Assembly: GCA_963758635.1 (NCBI GenBank)
Contig: CAVWWD010000005.1
Span: 192,001 to 256,000, forward strand
Direction: 5' to 3'
From: an uncultured Candidatus Rokubacteria bacterium
GTDB lineage: Bacteria > Methylomirabilota > Methylomirabilia > Rokubacteriales > CSP1-6
DNA: 64,000 nucleotides
The notes under the pieces were generated by a model. It was not told where the DNA came from, made no database searches, and worked only from the letters and a program-made list of their open reading frames with translations. Positions 50,219-59,412 of this stretch are shown piece after piece (position 1 is the first letter of the stretch; every line of letters begins with the position of its first letter). A program made the position numbers and the translations under genes.

Positions 50219-51505
50219 GCGGTGCGCCGGTCCACGACGCGGACCGCCTTGCCGGGCGCGCGCGGGATCTCCCCTTCCCCGAGGACGCGGATCTCCGGGG
50301 ACAAGGTGAGGAAGTCCTTGAGGTCGCGCTCGAGCGCGCGCAGGACGGACGGGTCCGGCGCCTCGCGCGCCTCCACGGCCAGCGTCATCCGGTCGGCCCC
50401 CCCGGGCTCGCGCTCGAGCACGATCTGGTACTCGTGCCCGAGGCCGGGGCGCCCCACCACGAGCGACTCGACCTGCCGGGGATAGAAGTTGACGCCGCGG
50501 AAGATCACCATGTCGTCGGTGCGGCCGCGCAGCCGGTCGACGCGGAGGTGCGTGCGGCCGCACGCGCACGCCTCGCGGCTCAGAATCCGCGTGAGATCCC
50601 GTGTCCGGTAGCGGATGAGCGGCAGCCCCTCGCGCGTGAGCGTGCTCACCACCAGCTCGCCCTCCTCGCCGTCGGGGCGCGGCCGCTCCGGTGACGGGAT
50701 CGACGATCTCGCAGTGATAGTGGTCCTCCCAGACGTGGATGCCGTCGTGGGCGCGGCAGTCGATGCCGAGGCCCGGGCCGCCCGTCTCGGTCATCCCGAT
50801 GATGTCGAAGGTCTCGAGCGACAGCTCCCGCTCGATCAGGAGCCGCAGGTCGTCCGACCAGACCTCGGCGCCGAGGATGGCCGCGCGCAGGCGCAGCGTG
50901 CCCAGGTCGAAGCGCTCCGCGCGCGCCACCTCGATCAGCCGGAGCGGATAGGTGGCGATCCCCGCGAGCACGGTCGCGCCCAGGTCACGCATCAGCATGA
51001 GCTGGAGCCCGGTGCGCCCCGCGCCCACCGGGATCGTGGTGGCGCCGATCCGCTCCGCCCCGTAGTGGAAGCCGAAGCCGCCGGTGAACAGGCCGAACGA
51101 CGCGGTGATCTGGATCACGTCGCCGGAGGTGACGCCGGCCGCCGCGTAGCAGCGCGCCATCACCTCGGCCCACTGCACGAGGTCGGCGCGCGTGTAGGGG
51201 TTGAGCACGGGGTTGCCGGTGGTGCCGGAGGACAGGTGCACGCGCATCACGTTGCCCCGGCCCGCGCAGGTGAGCGCCCACGGGTAGCCGTCGCGCAGGT
51301 CGTCCTTGGTGAGGAAGGGCAGGCGCGCCCAGTCCGCGGTGGAGCGGATGTCGGCGGGATCCACGTCGCCGAGCCGCGCGCGCCACGCGGCATTGGCGCC
51401 GGCGAGCGCGAGGGTCCGGCGCAGGCGCTCGAGCGTGAGCGTGGCGAGCTGCTCGCGCGGGCGCGTCTCGGCGACGATCTGGAACATCCAGGGCGCGACG
51501 CTCAC
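50215..51505 (-). CDS. Phenylacetate--CoA ligase (PaaK) family protein, frameshift in a homopolymer at ~50676
   Basis: LPFLTKDDLR, SSGTTG.P, GLFTGG.G, GMTE..GPG, GR.DDM..RGVN. Confidence 0.8.
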
Positions 51506-53781
51506 GCCGCCCCGCCCCGGTCCCGGATCGCCGCGAACACGCGCGCCGGCGTCAGCGGCAGCTCGCGGATGCGCACCCCCACCGCGTCGTCGACGGCGTT
51601 GGCCACCGCGGCCGCCACCGGGATCACCCCGGACTCGCCGAGCCCCTTGGCCCCGAACGGCCCCTCCGGATCCACGCTCTCGATGAGCCGCACGACGATC
51701 TCCGGCATGGCCGCGGCCGGGACCATGGCGTAGTCCATGAAGCTGCCGTTCAGCACGCGGCCCTCCTCGACCACGAGGCGCTCGGTGAGGGCGTAGCCGA
51801 GCCCCATGTGGATGCCGCCGTGGATCTGGCCCTCCGCGGCCAGCGGGTTCAAGGCCCGCCCCACGTCGTGGGCGGACACGAGCTTCACCACCTCGACCGC
51901 GCCCGTCGCCTCGTCCACGTCGACCAGCGCGGCCTGGGCCGCGAACCCGTACGCGGCGGAGACGTTGCCGGTGAGGTCCTTGTCCAGCATGCTCGTCGGC
52001 GGGTCGTAGAAGGCCTCGGCCACCAGCGTCCGCCCCTGCTCGCGCAGGTGCCCCGCGCGCGCCACCCGGTCGTACTCGACGCGGCGCTGGGGCTCGGCGG
52101 CCACCATCACCCACCCGTCGCGGATGGTGAGCCGGTCCGCCGGCTCGTCGAGCTCGACGGCGGCCATGGCGAGGAGGTCGGCGCGGAGCTTGGCCGCGGC
52201 GAGCCGGGCCGCGTTGCCGGCGATGAACGTGGTGCGGCTCGCGTGGACCCCCACGTCCCACGGCTTCACCGCGGTGTCGGAGTTCACCACCTCGATCCGC
52301 GCGAGCGGAACGCCGAGCGCCTCGGCCACGATCATGGCGAGCACGGTCTCCGAGCCCTGCCCGATCTCCGAGGCGCCGGTGATGAGCGACACCTTGCCGA
52401 AGTCGTCGAGCTTCACGATGGCCCCGCAGCCGTCGGACCGGTAGATGCGCGCGCCGCCGCCCACGTGGAACATGCCGGCGTAGCCCACGCCGCGGCGCCA
52501 GCCCGGACGCGGGGGCCGCGCCCCGCCGATCTCCGCGGCCACCGCGTCGAGGCACTCGGTCATCGCGCACGAGGTGACCCGGAACCCCTGCGGGGTGACG
52601 TCGCCGGCCTGCGTCACGTTGCGGCGGCGCAGCTCGAGCCGGTCCATGCCGAGCGCCGCGGCCAGCTCGTCCATCTGCGACTCCACCGCGAACGTCGACT
52701 CGAGGTTGCCGTAGCCGCGCATCGAGCCCGAGGACGGGTTGTGCGTGTACACCACCGACGTGTCGAAGCGCACCGCGGGCACGCGGTAGAGCGAGGCCAC
52801 CGTGGCGAGCATCACGTACGGCGTGGTCGAGCCCCACGAGACGTAGGCGCCGCTGTCCACGGTGACGTGAGCCTCGCGGGCGAGGAGCCGGCCGCGCGCG
52901 TCCGCGGCGGTGCGCAGCCGGATGCGGCAGGGCTCGCGTGTCGGACAGGCGAGGAACTCCTCGATCCGGTCCAGCTCGACCTTCACCGGCCGCCGCGCCG
53001 CGCGGGCGAGGAGGGCGGCGATCACGTCGATCGCGTAGAGGTCGAGCCCGCGCCCGAAGTTCCCGCCCACCGGCGGCTGCAGCACGCGCACCCGGTCGCC
53101 TGCGATGCCGAGCGCGGCGGCGAGGTCGCGCTGGTACAGGAAGGGCACCTGGGTGGTCGACCACATGGTGAGCGCGCCCTCGAGGTCCCACTCCGCCACC
53201 GCGACCATCGTCCCGAGGCACGCCGGCGTCACGAAGTCGAGCCGGTACTCGCCCTCGACGCTCGCCGCGGCGATGGCGAACGCGGCGTCCACGTCGCCCG
53301 CGCTGAACGAAAAGCGCAGCGGCGTCAGGTTGTCCGGCCGGCCCGCGTGGACCCGGGGCGCGCCGCGGGCCAGCGCGGCCGCGGGGTCGAACACGCCGGG
53401 GAGCGGCTCGTAGTCCGCGCCGATCAGCTCGAGCGCCTCCCGCGCGATCTCGCGCGTCTCCGCGGCCACGGCGGCGACCTCGTCGCGGATGCTGCGGACC
53501 ACCGGATCGCCCGGGCCGCCCTTGAGCGCGAGCTGGTCCTTCACGAAGCCGAACGGGTGCTGCTCCACGTCCGCCGCGGTGATGACGGCGATCACCCCGG
53601 GAAGATCGCGGGCCCGGCGCGTGTCCAGGCGCGTCACCCGCGCGTGCGGCACGGGCGTTCGGAGGATGGCGCCGTGGGCCATGCGCGGGATGGCGAGGTC
53701 GTGGAGGTAGCGCGTCCGGCCGGTCACCTTGTCGGCGCCGTCGCGCTTCTTCGTGGCGCGGCCGATGACGTCGAAGCTCAC
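51502..53781 (-). CDS. Xanthine dehydrogenase family molybdopterin-binding (large) subunit
   Basis: KVTG...Y..D, GGNFG, MRGYG, GQG..T, EGQ..GG...GLG, GPFGAKGLGE. Confidence 0.88.
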   Translation of the reverse strand: MSFDVIGRATKKRDGADKVTGRTRYLHDLAIPRMAHGAILRTPVPHARVTRLDTRRARDLPGVIAVITAADVEQHPFGFVKDQLALKGGPGDPVVRSIRDEVAAVAAETREIAREALELIGADYEPLPGVFDPAAALARGAPRVHAGRPDNLTPLRFSFSAGDVDAAFAIAAASVEGEYRLDFVTPACLGTMVAVAEWDLEGALTMWSTTQVPFLYQRDLAAALGIAGDRVRVLQPPVGGNFGRGLDLYAIDVIAALLARAARRPVKVELDRIEEFLACPTREPCRIRLRTAADARGRLLAREAHVTVDSGAYVSWGSTTPYVMLATVASLYRVPAVRFDTSVVYTHNPSSGSMRGYGNLESTFAVESQMDELAAALGMDRLELRRRNVTQAGDVTPQGFRVTSCAMTECLDAVAAEIGGARPPRPGWRRGVGYAGMFHVGGGARIYRSDGCGAIVKLDDFGKVSLITGASEIGQGSETVLAMIVAEALGVPLARIEVVNSDTAVKPWDVGVHASRTTFIAGNAARLAAAKLRADLLAMAAVELDEPADRLTIRDGWVMVAAEPQRRVEYDRVARAGHLREQGRTLVAEAFYDPPTSMLDKDLTGNVSAAYGFAAQAALVDVDEATGAVEVVKLVSAHDVGRALNPLAAEGQIHGGIHMGLGYALTERLVVEEGRVLNGSFMDYAMVPAAAMPEIVVRLIESVDPEGPFGAKGLGESGVIPVAAAVANAVDDAVGVRIRELPLTPARVFAAIRDRGGAA

Positions 53782-53849
53782 GCGATCACCCCGTCGGCGC
53801 GGAGGCCGGCCCGCCGCTCGCGTGAGCCGCCGGCGAGGGCGCCGGTCAC
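53778..53849 (-). pseudogene. 72-bp in-frame remnant of a probable second class III CoA-transferase
   Basis: MTGALAG...GLRADGVIA resembles both termini of the adjacent CoA-transferase; coupled by GTGA overlaps on both sides. Confidence 0.55.
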
Positions 53850-55042
53850 ACGACGCCCTCCGACTTGAGCGCGGCCAGCTCGTCGGCGGACAGGCCGAGG
53901 AGGGCGCCGTACACGTCGCCGTTGTGCTGGCCCAGGAGCGGCGCCGCCGTCACCTCGGTGGGCGACGCGGACATGCGCACGGGGTTGGCGGGCATGGCGA
54001 ACCGGCCGCGCGTGGGGTGCTCCAGCTCCACGATCATGCCGCGGTCCCGGAGGTCCTTGCTGCCGAGGATCTCGCCGGAGTCCAGCACGGCGCCCGCCGG
54101 CACCCCCGCCGCGCCGAGCGTCTCCATCGCCTCGTGCTTGGTCTGCTTCTCCGTCCACGCGCCCACCGCGGCATCGACCTCCTCGACGTGGCGGACGCGG
54201 TCGGCGGACGTCTTCATCCGCGGGTCGTCGGCCAGCTCCGGGCGGCCGATGGCGCGACAGAGCGCGCGCCACATCTCCTGGTTGGCCACGTGCACGTACA
54301 CGTAGTCGTTGGGCCCGCCGGGCCGGCACCGGTAGAGGCTCGATGGCGCGGCGGTGCGCGAGCGATTCGTGAGCCGCGGCGCGGGCCGGTTCTCCACGTA
54401 ATGCTCGCGAAGGTGGATGCGGTGGAGGTTCAGCACCACGTCCTGCTGCGCCACCTCCACCTGCTGCCCCACGCCGGTGGCCTGGCGCTGGACGATCGCG
54501 GCGAGGATGCCGATGGCGCAGTGGAGGCCCGAGCCGGTGTCGCCCAGGCCCGCGGCGATGCGCGTGGGCGGCCCGTCCTCCATGCCCGTCATGCCCATGG
54601 GCCCGCCCATGGCCTGCGCGATCCACTCGAAGCTCTTGTACTCGGCGTACGGGCTCCCGGACCCGAAGCCCTTCACCGAGGCCGCGATCACCCGAGGGTT
54701 GATCTTCGCGAGCGCCGCGTAGCCGAAGCCCAGCCGATCCATCGCGCCGGGCCCCAGGTTCTCGATCACCACGTCGGCCTGCTCGACCATGCGCGCGAAC
54801 ATCGCGCGCCCGCGCTCGGACTTCAGGTTGAGCGTGACGCTCTTCTTGTTGGCGTTCAACAGCAGGAAGAACCACGCGTCCATGTCGGGGCGCTCCGACA
54901 GGCCGCGCCGGGCCGGCTCCCCCGCCGGCGGCTCGATCTTGATGACGTCGGCGCCGAGCCACGCCAGGAGCTCCGTGCAGCTCGGGCCCGCCTCGTACTG
55001 CGTCAGATCGAGCACCCTCACGCCATCGAGCGCCTTGGCCAT
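53846..55042 (-). CDS. Class III CoA-transferase (formyl-CoA transferase/CaiB-BaiF family)
   Basis: L.GVRVLDLT..EAGP.CT..LAWLGADVIK.E, NANKKS, ENLGPG, APLLGQHN. Confidence 0.88.
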   Translation of the reverse strand: MAKALDGVRVLDLTQYEAGPSCTELLAWLGADVIKIEPPAGEPARRGLSERPDMDAWFFLLLNANKKSVTLNLKSERGRAMFARMVEQADVVIENLGPGAMDRLGFGYAALAKINPRVIAASVKGFGSGSPYAEYKSFEWIAQAMGGPMGMTGMEDGPPTRIAAGLGDTGSGLHCAIGILAAIVQRQATGVGQQVEVAQQDVVLNLHRIHLREHYVENRPAPRLTNRSRTAAPSSLYRCRPGGPNDYVYVHVANQEMWRALCRAIGRPELADDPRMKTSADRVRHVEEVDAAVGAWTEKQTKHEAMETLGAAGVPAGAVLDSGEILGSKDLRDRGMIVELEHPTRGRFAMPANPVRMSASPTEVTAAPLLGQHNGDVYGALLGLSADELAALKSEGVV

Positions 55043-55062
55043 GGTGAACCCTTCCTCATGGT

Positions 55063-55252
55063 CTCCCTCTCCCTTCCAGGGAGAGGGCCGGGGTGAGGGT
55101 CGATCGAACGACCTCACCGGTTGACGTCTATCGTGTCTATCCTCGCGCTCCTGCGACCGCCCCTCACCCTGCCCTCTCCCCAGAGGGGAGAGGGAGGCGA
55201 AGGTCCGCTCGTGACCCATTTTCCAGTCACTCTCTCCCTGACAGGGAGAGGA
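55063..55252. repeat. boxC/REP-like CCCTCACCC..CCCTCTCCC-GGGAGAGGG hairpins: inverted pair (55063-55100, 55160-55196) plus a partial third
   Basis: Palindromic CCCTCTCCC...GGGAGAGGG cores in an intergenic spacer. Confidence 0.75.
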
Positions 55253-55257
55253 AAAGG

Positions 55258-56904
55258 CTACGTCTGGTACGCGGAGAATCGGACCGTGGTGGCCCGCGCC
55301 TTCGGGTCGGTGATCACGTTGACCACCGCCGGCTTGCCCGAGGCGAACGCCCGCTCGAGCGCGGGCCGCACGTCCAGCGGCTTCTCGACGAACTCGCCGT
55401 GCGCCCCCAGCTCCATCGCCACCCGGTCGTAGCGGGTGAAGCCGAGGTTCCGGCCCGGCTTGGGCGCAGGCACGCCCCACGGCGCGTCCGCCGTCCAGCC
55501 GCCGTTGTTGCTGATCACCACCACCACGGGGATGCGATGGCGGACCGCGGTGTCGATCTCCATCGCGTTGATCCCGAACGAGCCGTCGCCGTGGAGCACC
55601 AGCACCTGGGCGTCCGGCCGCGCCACCTTGGCGCCGATGCCGAACGGCAGGCCCACGCCCATGCAGCCGAAGGGCCCGGAGTTCAGGCGGTGGCCGGCCA
55701 CGAAGGTCGGGATCGACTGCCGGCCGAAGTTCAGGATCTCCTGACCGTCGACGACGAGGATGGCGTCGCGCCGGAGGAAGTCGCGCACCTCCTTGCAGAG
55801 CCGGAGCGGATGGATCGGCGTCTCGTCCCGGCTCATCGCCTTGTCCATCTCGGCCTGCTTCTCGGCGTCGAGCACGCGGAGCTTCGCCACCCACGCCGCG
55901 TACGTCTTCGGATCGAGCCGGCCCTTGGCCTCGGCGGTGAGCTGCTCGAGGACGGCGCGCGCGTCGCCCGCGATCGGCACGTCGGCCGGCCGGTTGTGGC
56001 CGAGCTCGGTGGGCTCGACGTCGACCTGGATCACCTTGAGCCCGGCGGCGAAGCGCGGGGCGCGCAGGAACTGGATGACGTAGTTGAGCCGCGTGCCGAC
56101 GACGAGGATCACGTCGGCCTCGCCGAACGCCCGGGCGCGCGCGTTCAGGAACGACAGCGGGTGGTCCTCCGGCACCGTGCCGCGCGACAGCGGCGTCGTG
56201 TAGAACGGGATGCCCGAGGCCTCGACGAACGCCCGGAACGCCGCCGCGCCGTCCGACCACCACACGCCGCTGCCGCCGATGACGAGCGGACGCTCGGCAC
56301 GGGAGAGGAGGCCGATGGCCTCCGTGACCGCGGCGGGATCGCCCAGCGTGCGCGGCGCCGGCTTCCACGCCGGCGGGTACGTCACGCCGGCGTCGTCCAG
56401 CTCGTCGTGCAGGATGTCGCCGGGCAGGTCCAGGTAGACCGGCCCCGGGCGTCCGCTCGTCGCCTGCCGGAACGCGGCGCCGACCAGCTCGGGGATCCGC
56501 CGCGCGTCCAGGATCCGGTGCGCCCACTTCGTCACGGGCTTGAAGACGCCGACCTGGTCGATCTCCTGGAAGGCGTCCATGCCGTGCTGCACGGCGGGGC
56601 TGGAGCCGCCGATGGCCACCAGCGGCGCCGCGTCCACCCAGGCGTTCGCCACGCCGGTCAAGAGGTTCGTGGCGCCCGGGCCGGAGGCGCCCATGCACAC
56701 GCCGGGACGGCGGGTGAGGCGCGCGTGCGCGTGCGCCTCCATCGCCGCCGACTGCTCGTGCCGGGTGTCGATGGCGCGGATGCCCAGCGCGATCATCGCC
56801 GCCTCGGTCTCGAGCATCGGCCCGCCCATGATGTAGAAGAGCGTGTCCACCCCCTGCGCCTTGAGCGCGCGGGCGAGAATGTCCGAACCGGTCACCGTCG
56901 CCAT
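55258..56904 (-). CDS. Thiamine pyrophosphate enzyme, oxalyl-CoA decarboxylase/2-hydroxyacyl-CoA lyase family
   Basis: RHEQ.A, SGPG.TN, AFQE.DQ, RPGPVYLDLP, G.MGVG, GDGSFG..NN. Confidence 0.85.
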   Translation of the reverse strand: MATVTGSDILARALKAQGVDTLFYIMGGPMLETEAAMIALGIRAIDTRHEQSAAMEAHAHARLTRRPGVCMGASGPGATNLLTGVANAWVDAAPLVAIGGSSPAVQHGMDAFQEIDQVGVFKPVTKWAHRILDARRIPELVGAAFRQATSGRPGPVYLDLPGDILHDELDDAGVTYPPAWKPAPRTLGDPAAVTEAIGLLSRAERPLVIGGSGVWWSDGAAAFRAFVEASGIPFYTTPLSRGTVPEDHPLSFLNARARAFGEADVILVVGTRLNYVIQFLRAPRFAAGLKVIQVDVEPTELGHNRPADVPIAGDARAVLEQLTAEAKGRLDPKTYAAWVAKLRVLDAEKQAEMDKAMSRDETPIHPLRLCKEVRDFLRRDAILVVDGQEILNFGRQSIPTFVAGHRLNSGPFGCMGVGLPFGIGAKVARPDAQVLVLHGDGSFGINAMEIDTAVRHRIPVVVVISNNGGWTADAPWGVPAPKPGRNLGFTRYDRVAMELGAHGEFVEKPLDVRPALERAFASGKPAVVNVITDPKARATTVRFSAYQT

Positions 56905-56963
56905 GTCGTCGTCCTTTCCTCGGGGCGGTCCCCTGTCGCGGTTCACGTGCGCATGCTCGCTGG

Positions 56964-57009
56964 CCCCCCCTCTCCCCTGCCCCTCTCCCCCGCGCAGGGG
57001 GAGAGGGGG
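56964..57009 (+). repeat. boxC/REP-like hairpin
   Basis: CCCCTCTCCCC..GGGGAGAGGGG. Confidence 0.65.
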
Positions 57010-57034
57010 CGGCCCCGGCCGAGGGCCGCCGCGC

Positions 57035-57787
57035 TCATCGGGCCGCCCGGTAGAGCATCATCGTGTAGGGATAGCGCGCGGTGGCGTGCACCATCACCGC
57101 GTGCTCGATCGGCTCCCCGCCCGCCGTGAAGTACGTGCGCCGGAACCGCAGCACCGGCGCGCCCGTCGTCACCGCGAGCAGCTGGCCGATGCCGCGCGCG
57201 CAGCGCACCACCTCGATGGTCTGCTCCACGTAGGCGGCGACCACGCCGAGGCGCCGCTCCACGAGCCCGATGACCGACGTGCGCGTCAGGTCCTCGTGGC
57301 CGAGCTTCCGTCCGAGCGACTCGCGGAGGTAGACGGTCACGTGCTCGAAGGGACCGTCGTCGCCGTGGCGCACGCCGGTCACGCGCGTCACCGGCGCCCC
57401 GGCGGCGAGCCCGAGCGCACGCGCCACGTCCACGGGGGCGCGGGCGAGCCCGGTCCGGAGCGGCTTGAACCAGGTCTCGTCGCCCAGCGCGAGCATGTCG
57501 TCGACGGAGCCGATGACGCGAAGCCGGTGGGTGGACCCGCTCGACGCGTCGGCGGGCGACCCGAGCCGCGTCGTGAACGTGCCTCGCCCGACCTGACGCG
57601 AGAGGAGCCCCTCCAGCCGGAGCGCGTCGAGGGCCTGCCGCACGGTCATGCGGCTCACGCCGAACTCCGAGCAGAGGGCGTGCTCGGAGGGAAGCCGGCG
57701 CGGCGGCCCGCCCGCGGACTGCCGGATCCGCGAGCGCAGCGTGTCGGCGATCCTGACGTGGCGCGGCGTCGCGCGGCGATGGCTCAT
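57035..57787 (-). CDS. GntR family regulator, HutC/UTRA subfamily
   Basis: LPSE..L...FGVSRMTVRQAL..L..G.GTF; C-terminal UTRA-like domain. Confidence 0.88.
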   Translation of the reverse strand: MSHRRATPRHVRIADTLRSRIRQSAGGPPRRLPSEHALCSEFGVSRMTVRQALDALRLEGLLSRQVGRGTFTTRLGSPADASSGSTHRLRVIGSVDDMLALGDETWFKPLRTGLARAPVDVARALGLAAGAPVTRVTGVRHGDDGPFEHVTVYLRESLGRKLGHEDLTRTSVIGLVERRLGVVAAYVEQTIEVVRCARGIGQLLAVTTGAPVLRFRRTYFTAGGEPIEHAVMVHATARYPYTMMLYRAAR

Positions 57788-57820
57788 GGCGATCACCCCG
57801 GGGCCGAGCCGCCCCGCGGT

Positions 57821-57830
57821 TGTCTAGACA
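57821..57830. promoter_or_regulatory. HutC-type GntR operator palindrome
   Basis: Perfect TGTCTAGACA (GTMTAKAC consensus) just upstream of gntR; TTGACA on the - strand at 57851-57856. Confidence 0.65.
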
Positions 57831-57859
57831 TATCAATCGCTCGGCGCCGCTGTCAACCA

Positions 57860-58218
57860 GGGTGCGGGCACCCGGGCTGCGCCCGCCCGCACCTCGCGGC
57901 TACGGCTCCCCCGGCCAGGGCCGGTCGCTCGAGGAGTTCGTGCGCTTCGTGGAGGGCGCGGACCTCTACATCGGCGAGGCGCAGTACACGGACGAGGCGT
58001 ACCCGGCGAAGGTCGGCTGGGGCCACTCGTCGCTGAGCGCGACGGTCGAGGTGGCGCTCAAGGCGCGCGCGCGACAGCTCGCCCTCTTCCACCACGACCC
58101 GATGCACGGTGACGACGTGGTCAGCGCCATGGTGGAGGTGGCGCAACGGCTGATCGCCGCCCAGCTCTCGCCGCTCCGGTGCTTCGCCGCGCGCGAAGGC
58201 GAGGTCATCGAGCTCTGA
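57860..58218 (+). pseudogene. C-terminal fragment of an MBL-fold hydrolase
   Basis: GADL.I.EAQYT..Y..K.GWGHS, LFHHDP, AREG present; N-terminal HxHxDH half absent. Confidence 0.6.
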
Positions 58219-58245
58219 CGCTCCGGCGCCCGACGACGCGGGCGA

Positions 58246-59085
58246 TCAGGCCGGACGCGCCGCGGCCTCGCGGCGCAGCCAGAAGTCCGCCAGCGCCGCC
58301 GGCGTCGGCCACCACACGTCGCCCTTGCCGAGGATCTTCTGGATCAGCCGCTCGACCATGCGCATGCGGGACGGCCGGCCGATGATCTGCGGGTGCCCGA
58401 GCCAGTTGAAGAAGCTGCCCTCCGCGTAGAGGCCCTCGAACTCCTCGGACCAGATCTCCCACACGTCCTGCTGGCTCCAGATCCCGTTGCCCACCGGGGG
58501 CACCGAGCTGAACATGAAGAACGGCGCGTCGTTGTTGCACCACGCGGTCGGGAACTCGACGAGCGGCCCGTGCGGGGTCTGGTGGCAGTAGGGCAGATCG
58601 GTGTCGAGCGCGTTGCTGTGGTACGTGAGCCCGTGCTTCTTGAAGAGGTCCATGGTGTGGCGACTCGGGTCCGCGGAGGGCGCGCGCGCGCCCAGCGGCT
58701 TCACCCCGAGCACCCGCTTGAAGATGTCGAGGCTGCGAACGAGCAGCTCTTCCTCCTCCTCCCGGCTCTTCATGAAGAACGGCTTCTCGTGGAGGTAGCC
58801 GTGATGCCCCACCTCGTGCCCGCGGCGGACGATGTCCTCGCAGAGCGCGGGGTAGCGCTCGACGATCCAGCCCGGGACGAAGATGCACGTCTTGATCCCG
58901 TACCGGTCGAACACCTCCAGGATGCGCGGCATGCCCGTCTTCGGGCCGTAGGCGCCCATCGACATGTGCAGCGGCCGCTCGGCGAGGGCGGGATCGCGCT
59001 GGATCCACGGGCTCTCGCCGTCCAGGTCGAACGTCATCATCACCGCGCAGCGCGCCCCGCCCGGCCACGTCACCGCCTGTGCCAT
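58246..59085 (-). CDS. Polysaccharide deacetylase (NodB/PuuE-like)
   Basis: WP.GAR.AV..TFD.D.E, YG...G.PRIL, HEVGHHGY.H, RAP, HPQIIGRP.R. Confidence 0.82.
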   Translation of the reverse strand: MAQAVTWPGGARCAVMMTFDLDGESPWIQRDPALAERPLHMSMGAYGPKTGMPRILEVFDRYGIKTCIFVPGWIVERYPALCEDIVRRGHEVGHHGYLHEKPFFMKSREEEEELLVRSLDIFKRVLGVKPLGARAPSADPSRHTMDLFKKHGLTYHSNALDTDLPYCHQTPHGPLVEFPTAWCNNDAPFFMFSSVPPVGNGIWSQQDVWEIWSEEFEGLYAEGSFFNWLGHPQIIGRPSRMRMVERLIQKILGKGDVWWPTPAALADFWLRREAAARPA

Positions 59086-59412
59086 CGCCTCGCTCCTTCC
59101 GCGTGTCGATCGAGTCCGCCCTGCGCGGCCCGGAAAAACGTCCGGCCGGCGGGGCACTCCGCCTGTATCAGAAACCGGGGCACGTTGTCCAGCGTCGCCG
59201 CTCGCCGTCGAAGGGCGTCGCCGCCTCGCGCGCCGCCGACGGCCGAGACGCCATCCGCGCGCCGTTCCGGTCGGGTCCGACCAACGTCCGATTGCCTCGT
59301 GCCGGCCAGCGGAGGATCGTGAACCTCGTCCGCCGACGGTCTCGCGGCGCGAATCCGGATCATTGCGGATTGCCGGCCGCATGCTTCCACGAGACCATGA
59401 AGCGGCTCTCCG

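Noticed and set aside
48500..50690. Programmed frameshifting or real pseudogenes in the CoA ligases and TamB
   Set aside because: Single extra bases in G/C runs with otherwise intact domains and no slippery heptamer; sequencing error is more parsimonious.
47741..53221. 1826-aa ORF and other long antisense or off-frame ORFs
   Set aside because: Stop-codon scarcity in GC-rich DNA plus frameshifts chain pieces of real genes; the Arg/Ala/Pro-rich translations lack motifs.
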